From Acutalibacteraceae bacterium (GTDB lineage: Bacteria > Bacillota > Clostridia > Oscillospirales > Acutalibacteraceae), in assembly GCA_045601525.1 (NCBI GenBank), contig JAZRZR010000005.1:339-64338 (forward strand): a stretch of 64,000 bases of DNA. Reading direction: 5' to 3'. The translations under genes were made by a program, and so were the position numbers. Each line of letters begins with the position of its first letter. Position 1 is the stretch's first letter. Positions 34,799 to 42,487 of this stretch are shown in pieces. The notes under the pieces were generated by a model, which worked only from the letters and a program-made list of their open reading frames with translations, made no database searches and was not told where the DNA came from.

Positions 34799-35737
34799 AT
34801 GGGCTTTGTTATTGCAACGATTGTTGTTATTTTAATTTTTTCTTGTTTGCGAGTTGTTCCGCAGGCAACCGAGTATGTTATCGAACGCTTGGGTAAATAT
34901 AAAAAGACTTGGGATGCAGGTCTTCACTTTTTAATTCCTGTTTTGGACCGCGTTTCAAAAAAGGTTACACTCAAAGAGCAGGTGCTTGATTCACCCCCTC
35001 AACCCGTTATCACTAAAGATAATGTTACAATGCAAATTGATACTGTTGTTTATTTTAAGGTTTTCGATGCTAAACTTTTCACATATGGTGCTGTAAACCC
35101 GATAAGCGCACTTTCAAATCTTGCAGCCACAACACTTCGTAATATCGTAGGTGAGTTGGAACTTGATGATACTCTCACTTCGCGTGATACAATCAATGGT
35201 AAGATGACCGAAATTCTTGACGATGCTACTGACCAGTGGGGTATCAAGGTAAACCGTGTTGAGCTTAAAAATATTATCCCGCCCACCGAAATTCAAAACG
35301 CAATGGAAAAGCAAATGAAGGCTGAGCGTGACCGTCGTGAGACCTTGCTTGAGGCTGAGGGACATAAGGCTGCAGTTATCACTCGTGCTGAGGGTGATAA
35401 GCAGGCTATGATACTTGAGGCAGAGGGTGAAAGAGACGCCCGTATTGCCAGAGCCGAGGGCGAAGCAAGAGCTATTTATCTTGCTAAAAAAGCCGAGGCT
35501 GATGGTCTCGCCGCACTCAAAGAGGCAGGTGCCGATGCTGCAGTGCTTGAGCTTAAAAAGTTTGAGGCATTGGTTGCTATGTCAAATGGTAGCGCTTCAA
35601 AGATTATCGTTCCCACCGATGCGGTTGAAATGACAAAAAACAATGTTTTCTTCTCCGAAACAACAGGTCTCGGCGAAATAACCGAGAGCGCTCCACAACA
35701 AAAAAAGGCACCTAAAAAGGATGCTTGCTGCGATTAA
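34799..35737 (+). CDS. SPFH/band-7 (stomatin/prohibitin-like) membrane protein
   Basis: ATG 34799 follows AAGGAG; the track starts at 34769. An N-terminal TM helix is followed by the SPFH core (VVPQATEYVIERLGKY..TKDNV..VDTVVYFKV) and an EA-rich coiled coil. Confidence 0.88.
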   Translation: MGFVIATIVVILIFSCLRVVPQATEYVIERLGKYKKTWDAGLHFLIPVLDRVSKKVTLKEQVLDSPPQPVITKDNVTMQIDTVVYFKVFDAKLFTYGAVNPISALSNLAATTLRNIVGELELDDTLTSRDTINGKMTEILDDATDQWGIKVNRVELKNIIPPTEIQNAMEKQMKAERDRRETLLEAEGHKAAVITRAEGDKQAMILEAEGERDARIARAEGEARAIYLAKKAEADGLAALKEAGADAAVLELKKFEALVAMSNGSASKIIVPTDAVEMTKNNVFFSETTGLGEITESAPQQKKAPKKDACCD

Positions 35738-35747
35738 AAAGGCTAAA

Positions 35748-35778
35748 AGTCCTGCCGCATTTGCCGCAGGACTTTATT
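35748..35778 (+). terminator. terminator-like hairpin
   Basis: AGTCCTGC-10 nt loop-GCAGGACT followed by TTATTG. Confidence 0.5.
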
Positions 35779-35795
35779 GTTAAAGAGGTAATTTT

Positions 35796-36548
35796 ATGGA
35801 AATGGTTTTGCTTACAGCGATAGGCGTCGGCGGGGCAACTGTAATCGGCGCGCTCATAGGCTTTATTTTCAAGAAAATGTCGCATAGATTTTCGGATATA
35901 GTGCTTTCCTTTGCCGCAGGTGTTATGCTTGCAGCCGCTATTGTAGGGCTTATTTTGCCCTCTCTTGATTACGGCGGAAAGTGGGGAATAATTATATGCA
36001 TAGCAGGTGTTTTTGCAGGTGCTGTCTGTATAAGTGTTATTGATAAGCTTGTACCGCATCTTCATCGCCTCGCCGAAAAAGATTTAGAAAGTCATAGGCA
36101 AACCGATTTAAGCAAGGTTTTGCTTTTTGTATTAGCAATCGCGATACATAATTTCCCCGAGGGTATTGCGGCAGGCGTTGGTTTCGGCTCGGGCAATGTC
36201 GCCCACGCCTTAACAATAGCGGGTGGTATAGCGCTTCAAAACATACCTGAGGGTATGGTTATAATAGCGCCTATGCTTTCGGCGGGCATAACTCCTAAGC
36301 GCACATTTTTAATTGCGGCAGCAACGGGACTTGTTGAGGTTATCGGTGCATTACTCGGATACCTTGCAGTAAATTTGGCAACGGCGATACTTCCCTTTGC
36401 TCTTGCCTTTGCGGGCGGCACAATGCTTTATGTAATAAGTGATGAAATGATACCCGAAACACATTCTCACGGCGGACAAAGAGGTTCAACCTATGCCTTG
36501 CTTGTAGGTTTTTGCTTGATGCTTTTAATGGATGTGCTTTTGGGATAA
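35796..36548 (+). CDS. ZIP-family divalent metal transporter (ZupT-like)
   Basis: 250 aa with ~8 helices and the AIAIHNFPEGIAAG and ALQNIPEGM motifs. Confidence 0.85.
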   Translation: MEMVLLTAIGVGGATVIGALIGFIFKKMSHRFSDIVLSFAAGVMLAAAIVGLILPSLDYGGKWGIIICIAGVFAGAVCISVIDKLVPHLHRLAEKDLESHRQTDLSKVLLFVLAIAIHNFPEGIAAGVGFGSGNVAHALTIAGGIALQNIPEGMVIIAPMLSAGITPKRTFLIAAATGLVEVIGALLGYLAVNLATAILPFALAFAGGTMLYVISDEMIPETHSHGGQRGSTYALLVGFCLMLLMDVLLG

Positions 36549-36553
36549 AAATA

Positions 36554-36582
36554 TTGAAAATTGTGCTTTAATATGCTATACT
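36554..36582 (+). promoter_or_regulatory. candidate promoter of the NSS transporter gene
   Basis: TTGAAA, 17-nt spacer, TGcTATACT. Confidence 0.5.
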
Positions 36583-36616
36583 CGTTTTATTAAGGTTTTA
36601 GGCTTAGGAGAAAAAA

Positions 36617-37975
36617 ATGGAAACAAAAAGAAGTAGTTTTACAGGGAAAATAGGATTTGTGCTTGCGGCGGCAGGCTCGGCAGTCGGCCTTGGTAATCTT
36701 TGGCGCTTTCCTTATCTTGCGGCGAAGTACGGCGGCGGAATGTTTTTGTTGGTTTACATAATACTTGCAGTAACCTTTGGATTTGCTCTTATGGTAACCG
36801 AAATTGCAATAGGCAGAAAAACAGGCAAAAGCGCAATTGAGGCATTTGCTTCGTTAAACAAAAAATGTTCTTTTGTTGGATATTTGGCGGCAATTATTCC
36901 AATGATAATTTTGCCATACTATTCGGTTATAGGCGGTTGGGTTAGCAAATATCTCGTTGCATTTGTTAGCGGAAACGGTCTTAAAACCGCGGGGGACGGT
37001 TATTTTAATGGCTTTATAACAGATTCGCTTCCTCCGATATTTTGGTTTTTTGTTTTCTTAGGACTAACGGCAGTTGTAGTTCTTTTAGGTGTTGAAAAGG
37101 GAATAGAACGTGTTAGCAAGGTGTTGATGCCTGTTTTGGTAGCGCTTTCGATAGGTATTGCAATATATGTTATGTTTATACCTGGCGCCAAGGACGGAAT
37201 TATCTACTACATAAAACCTGATTTTTCACACTTCTCTGTTATGACAGTGGTTGCGGCGATTGGTCAGCTTTTCTATTCGATGTCTTTGGCTATGGGCATT
37301 ATGATAACCTACGGCTCATATATGAAAAAAGATGTTAGCATTGAATCAGCTGTTCATCAAATTGAGATTTTTGATACAGGTATTGCTTTCCTTGCAGGTC
37401 TTATGATTATTCCTGCGGTTTTCGCCTTCTCGGGTGGAGATACCACAGCACTCAATGCAGGACCGTCGCTTATGTTTGTAACCTTGCCTAAGGTTTTTGA
37501 AACAATGGGCATTGGCGGACAAATTCTCGGTGCAGTATTCTTTATACTTGTGCTCCTCGCTGCGCTTACCTCTTCAATTTCCCTTATGGAAACAGTTGTA
37601 TCTATAATTCACGATAAGTTTAAGCTTTCGCGCAATATTTCTTGCGTTATTGTTATAGGCCTTTGCATTGTTTTAGGTTTGCCCTCGGCTTTGGGCTACG
37701 GTTTGCTTGACGGAATAAAGATTTTCGGTATGGCATTCCTTGATTTCTTTGATTTTATCAGCAATAGCATACTTATGCCGATTGTAGCGCTTATAACCTG
37801 CTTTGTTGTAACCTTTGTTATAGGTAGAAAAACTATTATTGATGAGGTTGAGATAAGCGGTAAATTCAAGGCTAAAACACTTTTTAATGTTGTTATCAAG
37901 TATATAGCGCCAATATTCCTTTTGGCGATTTTGGCATCAGCAATTCTTGATACCTTAGGTATCGTGAAAATATAA
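36617..37975 (+). CDS. neurotransmitter:sodium symporter (NSS/SNF) family transporter
   Basis: The hallmark N-terminus is AAGSAVGLGNLWRFPYLAAKYGGGMFLLVY. 452 aa with ~11-12 helices. Confidence 0.9.
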   Translation: METKRSSFTGKIGFVLAAAGSAVGLGNLWRFPYLAAKYGGGMFLLVYIILAVTFGFALMVTEIAIGRKTGKSAIEAFASLNKKCSFVGYLAAIIPMIILPYYSVIGGWVSKYLVAFVSGNGLKTAGDGYFNGFITDSLPPIFWFFVFLGLTAVVVLLGVEKGIERVSKVLMPVLVALSIGIAIYVMFIPGAKDGIIYYIKPDFSHFSVMTVVAAIGQLFYSMSLAMGIMITYGSYMKKDVSIESAVHQIEIFDTGIAFLAGLMIIPAVFAFSGGDTTALNAGPSLMFVTLPKVFETMGIGGQILGAVFFILVLLAALTSSISLMETVVSIIHDKFKLSRNISCVIVIGLCIVLGLPSALGYGLLDGIKIFGMAFLDFFDFISNSILMPIVALITCFVVTFVIGRKTIIDEVEISGKFKAKTLFNVVIKYIAPIFLLAILASAILDTLGIVKI

Positions 37976-37990
37976 AAGTGAGGGGAAAAC

Positions 37991-38614
37991 ATGCGTATTT
38001 TATTTTTTGGTGATTCCATAACCTATAGCGGCCGCCTTTTTGAAGATGATAGAGTGCTCGGCAGCGGCTATCCCCGTTTTGTTGAAGCAACACTCGGCTT
38101 TGAACAGCCAAATCAACACACCTTTATAAATAGAGGTATAAGCGGAAACAGAATAGTTGATTTGTATGCCCGTATAAAGTGCGATGTGCTTAATCTAAAG
38201 CCTGATGTTATGAGCATTTTAATCGGTGTTAACGATGTTTGGCACGAAAAACTAGAAAGACCTAATGGTGTTGACCCCGAAAAATTCTTTAAGATTTATT
38301 CAATGCTTATTGAGGAAATCAAAGCGGAATTACCCGACATTAAAATTATGATAATGGAGCCGTTTTGCCTTAAAGCACCTGCTACTGAAGGCAATTGGGG
38401 ATATTTTAGCACCGAGGTTCCAAAGCGTGCCGAAATGGCAAAAAAGATAGCCGAAAAATATAACCTTACATATATTCCTTTGCAGGAAAAATTCGATAAG
38501 CTTTGCGAATTGGCACCGGCAACCTATTGGTTAGAGGATGGCGTGCATCCCACCGCTCAAGGTCATAAATTCCTTGAAAAAGAGTGGATTGAGGCTTATA
38601 AAAAACTTTTTTAA
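37991..38614 (+). CDS. SGNH/GDSL-type esterase/lipase
   Basis: ILFFGDSIT, GISGNR, GVNDV and DGVHPT blocks. Confidence 0.8.
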   Translation: MRILFFGDSITYSGRLFEDDRVLGSGYPRFVEATLGFEQPNQHTFINRGISGNRIVDLYARIKCDVLNLKPDVMSILIGVNDVWHEKLERPNGVDPEKFFKIYSMLIEEIKAELPDIKIMIMEPFCLKAPATEGNWGYFSTEVPKRAEMAKKIAEKYNLTYIPLQEKFDKLCELAPATYWLEDGVHPTAQGHKFLEKEWIEAYKKLF

Positions 38615-38623
38615 TTAAATAAT

Positions 38624-38664
38624 GGACAGTTCGAAACCCTCCTGTCTTAAAACAAAACTACGGG
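38624..38664 (+). promoter_or_regulatory. preQ1-I riboswitch aptamer
   Basis: A 5-bp stem GACAG/CUGUC encloses the loop UUCGAAACCCUC. It is followed by the A-rich tail UUAAAACAAAACUA and CGGG, which can pair with the loop CCC. The aptamer lies directly upstream of a YhhQ-type preQ0/preQ1 transporter gene. Confidence 0.75.
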
Positions 38665-38680
38665 AAACGCAAGGTTTTTG

Positions 38681-38707
38681 GAGAGGGTGTTTTCACACCC
38701 TCTTTTG
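38681..38707 (+). terminator. intrinsic terminator serving as the riboswitch expression platform
   Basis: AGAGGGTGT-TTTC-ACACCCTCT followed by TTTG. The 5' arm GAGGGU can alternatively pair with the aptamer loop ACCCUC. Confidence 0.75.
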
Positions 38708-38718
38708 CTTTCTCACGA

Positions 38719-39414
38719 ATGGAGAAAAATATGAACGAATTGATTTTATTTTTATCACTGCTTTTTGAGTTTTCTTTAATTTTGCTTTCCTATAAATTTT
38801 TTGGAAAGTCCGGCCTTTATGTTATGACGGTTATTTGTGCAATACTTGCTAATATAGAGGTTGTAATGCTGATTAAGGCGTTTGGCATTGAGCAAACTCT
38901 CGGCAATACACTTTTTGCCGCCTCATTTTTAATCACCGATATTTTAAGCGAAAACGAGGGCAAAAAGGCGGCCGATAAGGCGGTGCATTTAGGTATTTTT
39001 GCAACTGTTGTATTTTTGATAATTTCATCAAGTTGGCTTTTCTTTACTCCTGCTGAAGCCGATACTGCTTATGGCGCCTTAAAGACTATATTTAGCCAAA
39101 CGCCCCGAGTGATGTTAGCAAGCTTGTTGGTGTATGCAGTGAGCCAAAAATTAGATGTTTGGCTTTATCACGCTTGGTGGAATTTTACCACCAACAAATG
39201 TGGCGATAAAAAAAGATTTGCTTGGGTGAGAAATAACGGCTCAACCCTTATTTCTCAATTTATAAACACCTGTCTTTTTAACTTCGGCGCATTTCTCGGT
39301 ACCTATCAGTTTAGAACCGTTTTGAGTATCACTTTATCAAGTTATATTATTTTTGCGGTTGCCGCACTTTTAGATACTCCATTTTTGTATCTTTCAAGGC
39401 GCATAAAAAAGTAG
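38719..39414 (+). CDS. yhhQ: queuosine precursor transporter (YhhQ/DUF165, VUT family)
   Basis: 231-aa polytopic protein with AASFLITDILSENEGKKAA and WVRNNGSTLISQFINT motifs, in a preQ1 riboswitch context. Confidence 0.85.
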   Translation: MEKNMNELILFLSLLFEFSLILLSYKFFGKSGLYVMTVICAILANIEVVMLIKAFGIEQTLGNTLFAASFLITDILSENEGKKAADKAVHLGIFATVVFLIISSSWLFFTPAEADTAYGALKTIFSQTPRVMLASLLVYAVSQKLDVWLYHAWWNFTTNKCGDKKRFAWVRNNGSTLISQFINTCLFNFGAFLGTYQFRTVLSITLSSYIIFAVAALLDTPFLYLSRRIKK

Positions 39415-39422
39415 TATTTGCA

Positions 39423-39451
39423 TTGACTTTTTGATTTTACTTTGGTATAAT
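39423..39451 (+). promoter_or_regulatory. candidate promoter of the SCIFF operon
   Basis: TTGACT, 17-nt spacer, TGgTATAAT. Confidence 0.6.
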
Positions 39452-39492
39452 TACTTTGTAATTAAATTATTTTCGGAACGGAGTTGTTAATA

Positions 39493-39639
39493 ATGGAGAA
39501 GATTAAGACAATTGAAACCCGTAATCTTTGTGAGAGCGCTAAAAAAGGCGGTTGTGGCGAATGCCAGACTTCTTGTCAGTCTGCTTGCAAAACAAGCTGC
39601 GGCGTAGCAAACCAAAAGTGCGAGAACGAGGATAAATAA
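39493..39639 (+). CDS. scfA: six-cysteine (SCIFF) ranthipeptide precursor, 48 aa; not in the supplied ORF track
   Basis: Translation: MEKIKTIETRNLCESAKKGGCGECQTSCQSACKTSCGVANQKCENEDK. GGAG lies 9 nt upstream. The SCIFF hallmark GGCGECQTSCQSACKTSC is present, and the gene lies directly upstream of the rSAM/SPASM maturase. Confidence 0.9.
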   Translation: MEKIKTIETRNLCESAKKGGCGECQTSCQSACKTSCGVANQKCENEDK

Positions 39640-39650
39640 ATCTCCAATAT

Positions 39651-39678
39651 GCCGCCGCCATAACGGCGGCGTTTTTCT
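39651..39678 (+). terminator. terminator/attenuator hairpin between precursor and maturase genes
   Basis: GCCGCCG-CCATAA-CGGCGGC followed by GTTTTTCTTT. Confidence 0.65.
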
Positions 39679-39693
39679 TTAGAAAGGTTAATT

Positions 39694-41058
39694 ATGGTAC
39701 ATCAATATAAACTAAACGGTTATAATATTGTGCTTGATTCTTGCAGCGGTTCCATTCATGTTGTAGATGATGCCACTTATGATATTATAGCGCTTTACGG
39801 TAAAACCGATGCCGAAAAAATAGTTGAAGAAATAAAAGAAAAATATAACGAAAGCCGTGAGGATATCCTCGCTTGTATCGAAGATATCGGCACCTTAAAA
39901 AAGGCGGGCAAGTTGTTTAGTGAGGACACTTTTCGTGATATGGCACCCACCTTTAAGCAAAGGTCGGGTAATGTTATAAAGGCTCTTTGCTTGCATATCG
40001 CCCATACCTGTAACCTAAACTGTGAGTATTGCTTTGCAAGTCAGGGAAAATATCACGGTGAGCGTGCTCTTATGAGTTTTGAAACGGGTAAGCGTGCCCT
40101 TGACTTTTTAGTTGAAAATTCAGGTAGCCGAGTTAATTTAGAGGTTGATTTTTTTGGCGGGGAGCCTTTAATGAATTGGGATGTAGTGAAAGAACTTGTT
40201 TTGTATGCACGTAGCATTGAAAAGCAAAAGAACAAGAATTTTCGCTTTACTCTTACCACCAACGGTATGCTCATTGATGATGATGTTATCGATTTTTGCA
40301 ATAAGGAAATGAGTAATGTTGTTTTGTCCCTTGATGGCCGAAAAGAAATTAACGACCTAAAAAGAGTTGACTATAACGGCGTTGGCAGTTATGACCGTAT
40401 TGTGCCCAAATTCCAAAAACTCGTTAAGGCGCGCGGCGGTAAAAACTATTATATGCGAGGCACCTTTACCCACGCTAACCCTGATTTCACAAAGGATGTT
40501 TTCCATATGGCTGATTTGGGCTTTAGCGAACTTAGTATGGAGCCTGTGGTTTGCGCTCCAAACGATAAGGCGGCTCTCACCCCCGATGATATCGAGGTTG
40601 TAAAAGAGCATTATGAAATTTTGGCAAAGGATATGCTCCGCCGTCAAAAAGAGGGTAAGCCGATAACATTTTATCACTATATGCTTGATTTAACCGAAGG
40701 CCCATGCATTTATAAGCGAATTTCGGGTTGTGGCTCGGGTACCGAGTATATGGCCGTAACCCCGTCGGGAGAACTTTATCCTTGCCACCAATTTGTAGGT
40801 GAGGAAAAATTCAAACTTGGCGATATATATAACGGTGTTACAAATAATTCGCTTCGTGAAGAATTCCGTGCTTGTAATGTATATGCAAGACCTGATTGTA
40901 ATGATTGTTGGGCAAAACTTTATTGCTCGGGCGGATGTGCCGCCAACGCATATCACGCAACAGGTAGCATAAAGGGGATTTACGAGGCGGGTTGTGAACT
41001 TTTCCGCAAACGCATAGAGTGCGCTATTATGATGAAAATAGCCGAAGGAGAAAATTGA
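39694..41058 (+). CDS. scfB: radical SAM/SPASM thioether-forming SCIFF peptide maturase
   Basis: The CxxxCxxC motif is in IAHTCNLNCEYCFA. The C-terminal SPASM cysteines are CGSGTEYMAV..PCHQF...CNDCWAKLYCSGGCAANA. 454 aa. Confidence 0.92.
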   Translation: MVHQYKLNGYNIVLDSCSGSIHVVDDATYDIIALYGKTDAEKIVEEIKEKYNESREDILACIEDIGTLKKAGKLFSEDTFRDMAPTFKQRSGNVIKALCLHIAHTCNLNCEYCFASQGKYHGERALMSFETGKRALDFLVENSGSRVNLEVDFFGGEPLMNWDVVKELVLYARSIEKQKNKNFRFTLTTNGMLIDDDVIDFCNKEMSNVVLSLDGRKEINDLKRVDYNGVGSYDRIVPKFQKLVKARGGKNYYMRGTFTHANPDFTKDVFHMADLGFSELSMEPVVCAPNDKAALTPDDIEVVKEHYEILAKDMLRRQKEGKPITFYHYMLDLTEGPCIYKRISGCGSGTEYMAVTPSGELYPCHQFVGEEKFKLGDIYNGVTNNSLREEFRACNVYARPDCNDCWAKLYCSGGCAANAYHATGSIKGIYEAGCELFRKRIECAIMMKIAEGEN

Positions 41059-42374
41059 TGCAAACTCCCGTTTTTGATTTTGTAAAGAAATATGCTGAAA
41101 AAGATATGGTTCGCCTGCATATGCCGGGGCATAAGGGTAGGTCTTTTTTGGGATGCGAAAAATATGATATAACCGAAATCAAAAATGCTGGTGTTTTGTA
41201 CGAAAACGATGGGATAATCAGCCAAAGCGAAAAAAACACGGCAACACTTTTTGGTGTTCCCCGAACTTTTTATTCCACCGAAGGCTCAAGCCTTTGTATA
41301 AAGGCGATGCTTTCCTTATGCATAGATAAAAGCGGGCAAAAAAAGGTTATAGCGGCAAGAAATGTTCATAAAGCATTTGTTCACGCCGCAGCGCTTTTAG
41401 ATGCCGAGGTTATATGGCTTAAATCAAACGAGGGTAACTTTATTTCTTGTCAAATTGATTTAGCCGAACTTGAAAATTTACTTAAGGAAAATAAAAACAG
41501 TATAGTTTATCTGACAAGTCCCGATTATCTTGGAAATACAAATGACATAAAGGCAATTTCACTTCTTTGTAAAAATTACGGCGCATTACTTTGTGTCGAT
41601 AATGCCCACGGCGCATATTTAGGCTTTGTTGATAATGCCCACCCAATAAAACAGGGTGCGGATATATGCTCGGATTCGGCTCACAAAACCTTGCCTGTGC
41701 TCACCGGTGGCGCATATTTGCATTTGGGTGAAGCCTTTGATGATTTGAAAGGCAAAAAGATAAAGGATACTATGTCGGTTTTCGGCTCAACGAGTCCGTC
41801 TTATTTAACCTTGGCTTCGCTTGATTTGTGCAATAAATATTTAAGTGAAAATTACAAAGAAAAACTATCTAAATTTATTGAGAGGGTAAATATCCTAAAG
41901 GCTCAACTTAAAAGCAACGGTTGGTTTGTTTTGGATAGCGAGCCCTTAAAGATAACTATTTTGGCCAATAACCAAGAAAACGGCTTTTTGCTTGCCGATA
42001 GACTTCGGGAAAAGGGTGTTGAGATAGAGTTTTGCGATAATGATTTTTTGGTGCTTATGCTAACACCTGAAAACACAAAAAGAGATTTGAAAAGGCTTGT
42101 AGCGGCACTCGGCAAAACTAATGCGCCAAAAAGAGAAGTAGCCTTTACAAAACTTCCTTATCCAATCTCAAAAACATCTATAAGGCAGGCAGTTTTTTCC
42201 GATAGCGAGGTTTTGCCCGTAGAGGATGCGGTAGGTAGAATTTGTGCAAATGTAACTGTTTCGTGTCCGCCTGCAATACCCCTTTGTGTATCAGGCGAGG
42301 TTATCACCGATGAGGTGGTAAAGGCTTGCAAATATTATAAAATCGAATATATAAGCGTAATAAAAAAGCCATAA
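41058..42374 (+). CDS. Orn/Lys/Arg decarboxylase-family PLP enzyme (fold type I)
   Basis: MQTPVFDFVKKYAEKDMVRLHMPGHKG and SAHKTLPVLTGGAYLH (PLP lysine). ATG 41058 overlaps the maturase stop (TGATG); the track starts at 41019. Confidence 0.8.
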   Translation: MQTPVFDFVKKYAEKDMVRLHMPGHKGRSFLGCEKYDITEIKNAGVLYENDGIISQSEKNTATLFGVPRTFYSTEGSSLCIKAMLSLCIDKSGQKKVIAARNVHKAFVHAAALLDAEVIWLKSNEGNFISCQIDLAELENLLKENKNSIVYLTSPDYLGNTNDIKAISLLCKNYGALLCVDNAHGAYLGFVDNAHPIKQGADICSDSAHKTLPVLTGGAYLHLGEAFDDLKGKKIKDTMSVFGSTSPSYLTLASLDLCNKYLSENYKEKLSKFIERVNILKAQLKSNGWFVLDSEPLKITILANNQENGFLLADRLREKGVEIEFCDNDFLVLMLTPENTKRDLKRLVAALGKTNAPKREVAFTKLPYPISKTSIRQAVFSDSEVLPVEDAVGRICANVTVSCPPAIPLCVSGEVITDEVVKACKYYKIEYISVIKKP

Positions 42375-42395
42375 TTTGTTATGGCTTTTTGTTAT
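42363..42395 (+). terminator. intrinsic terminator
   Basis: AAAAAGCCATAA-TTTG-TTATGGCTTTTT followed by GTTATTTG. It overlaps the stop codon. Confidence 0.75.
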
Positions 42396-42431
42396 TTGTT
42401 CCTTTTTGCTTTATTACCTTTTAATTGGTAC

Positions 42432-42460
42432 TTGAAATGTGAAAATTAAAATGTTATAGT
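42432..42460 (+). promoter_or_regulatory. candidate promoter of the GH43 cluster
   Basis: TTGAAA, 17-nt spacer, TGtTATAGT. Confidence 0.5.
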
Positions 42461-42487
42461 GAAAGAAAAGTAGAAAGGTTGGGGAAT

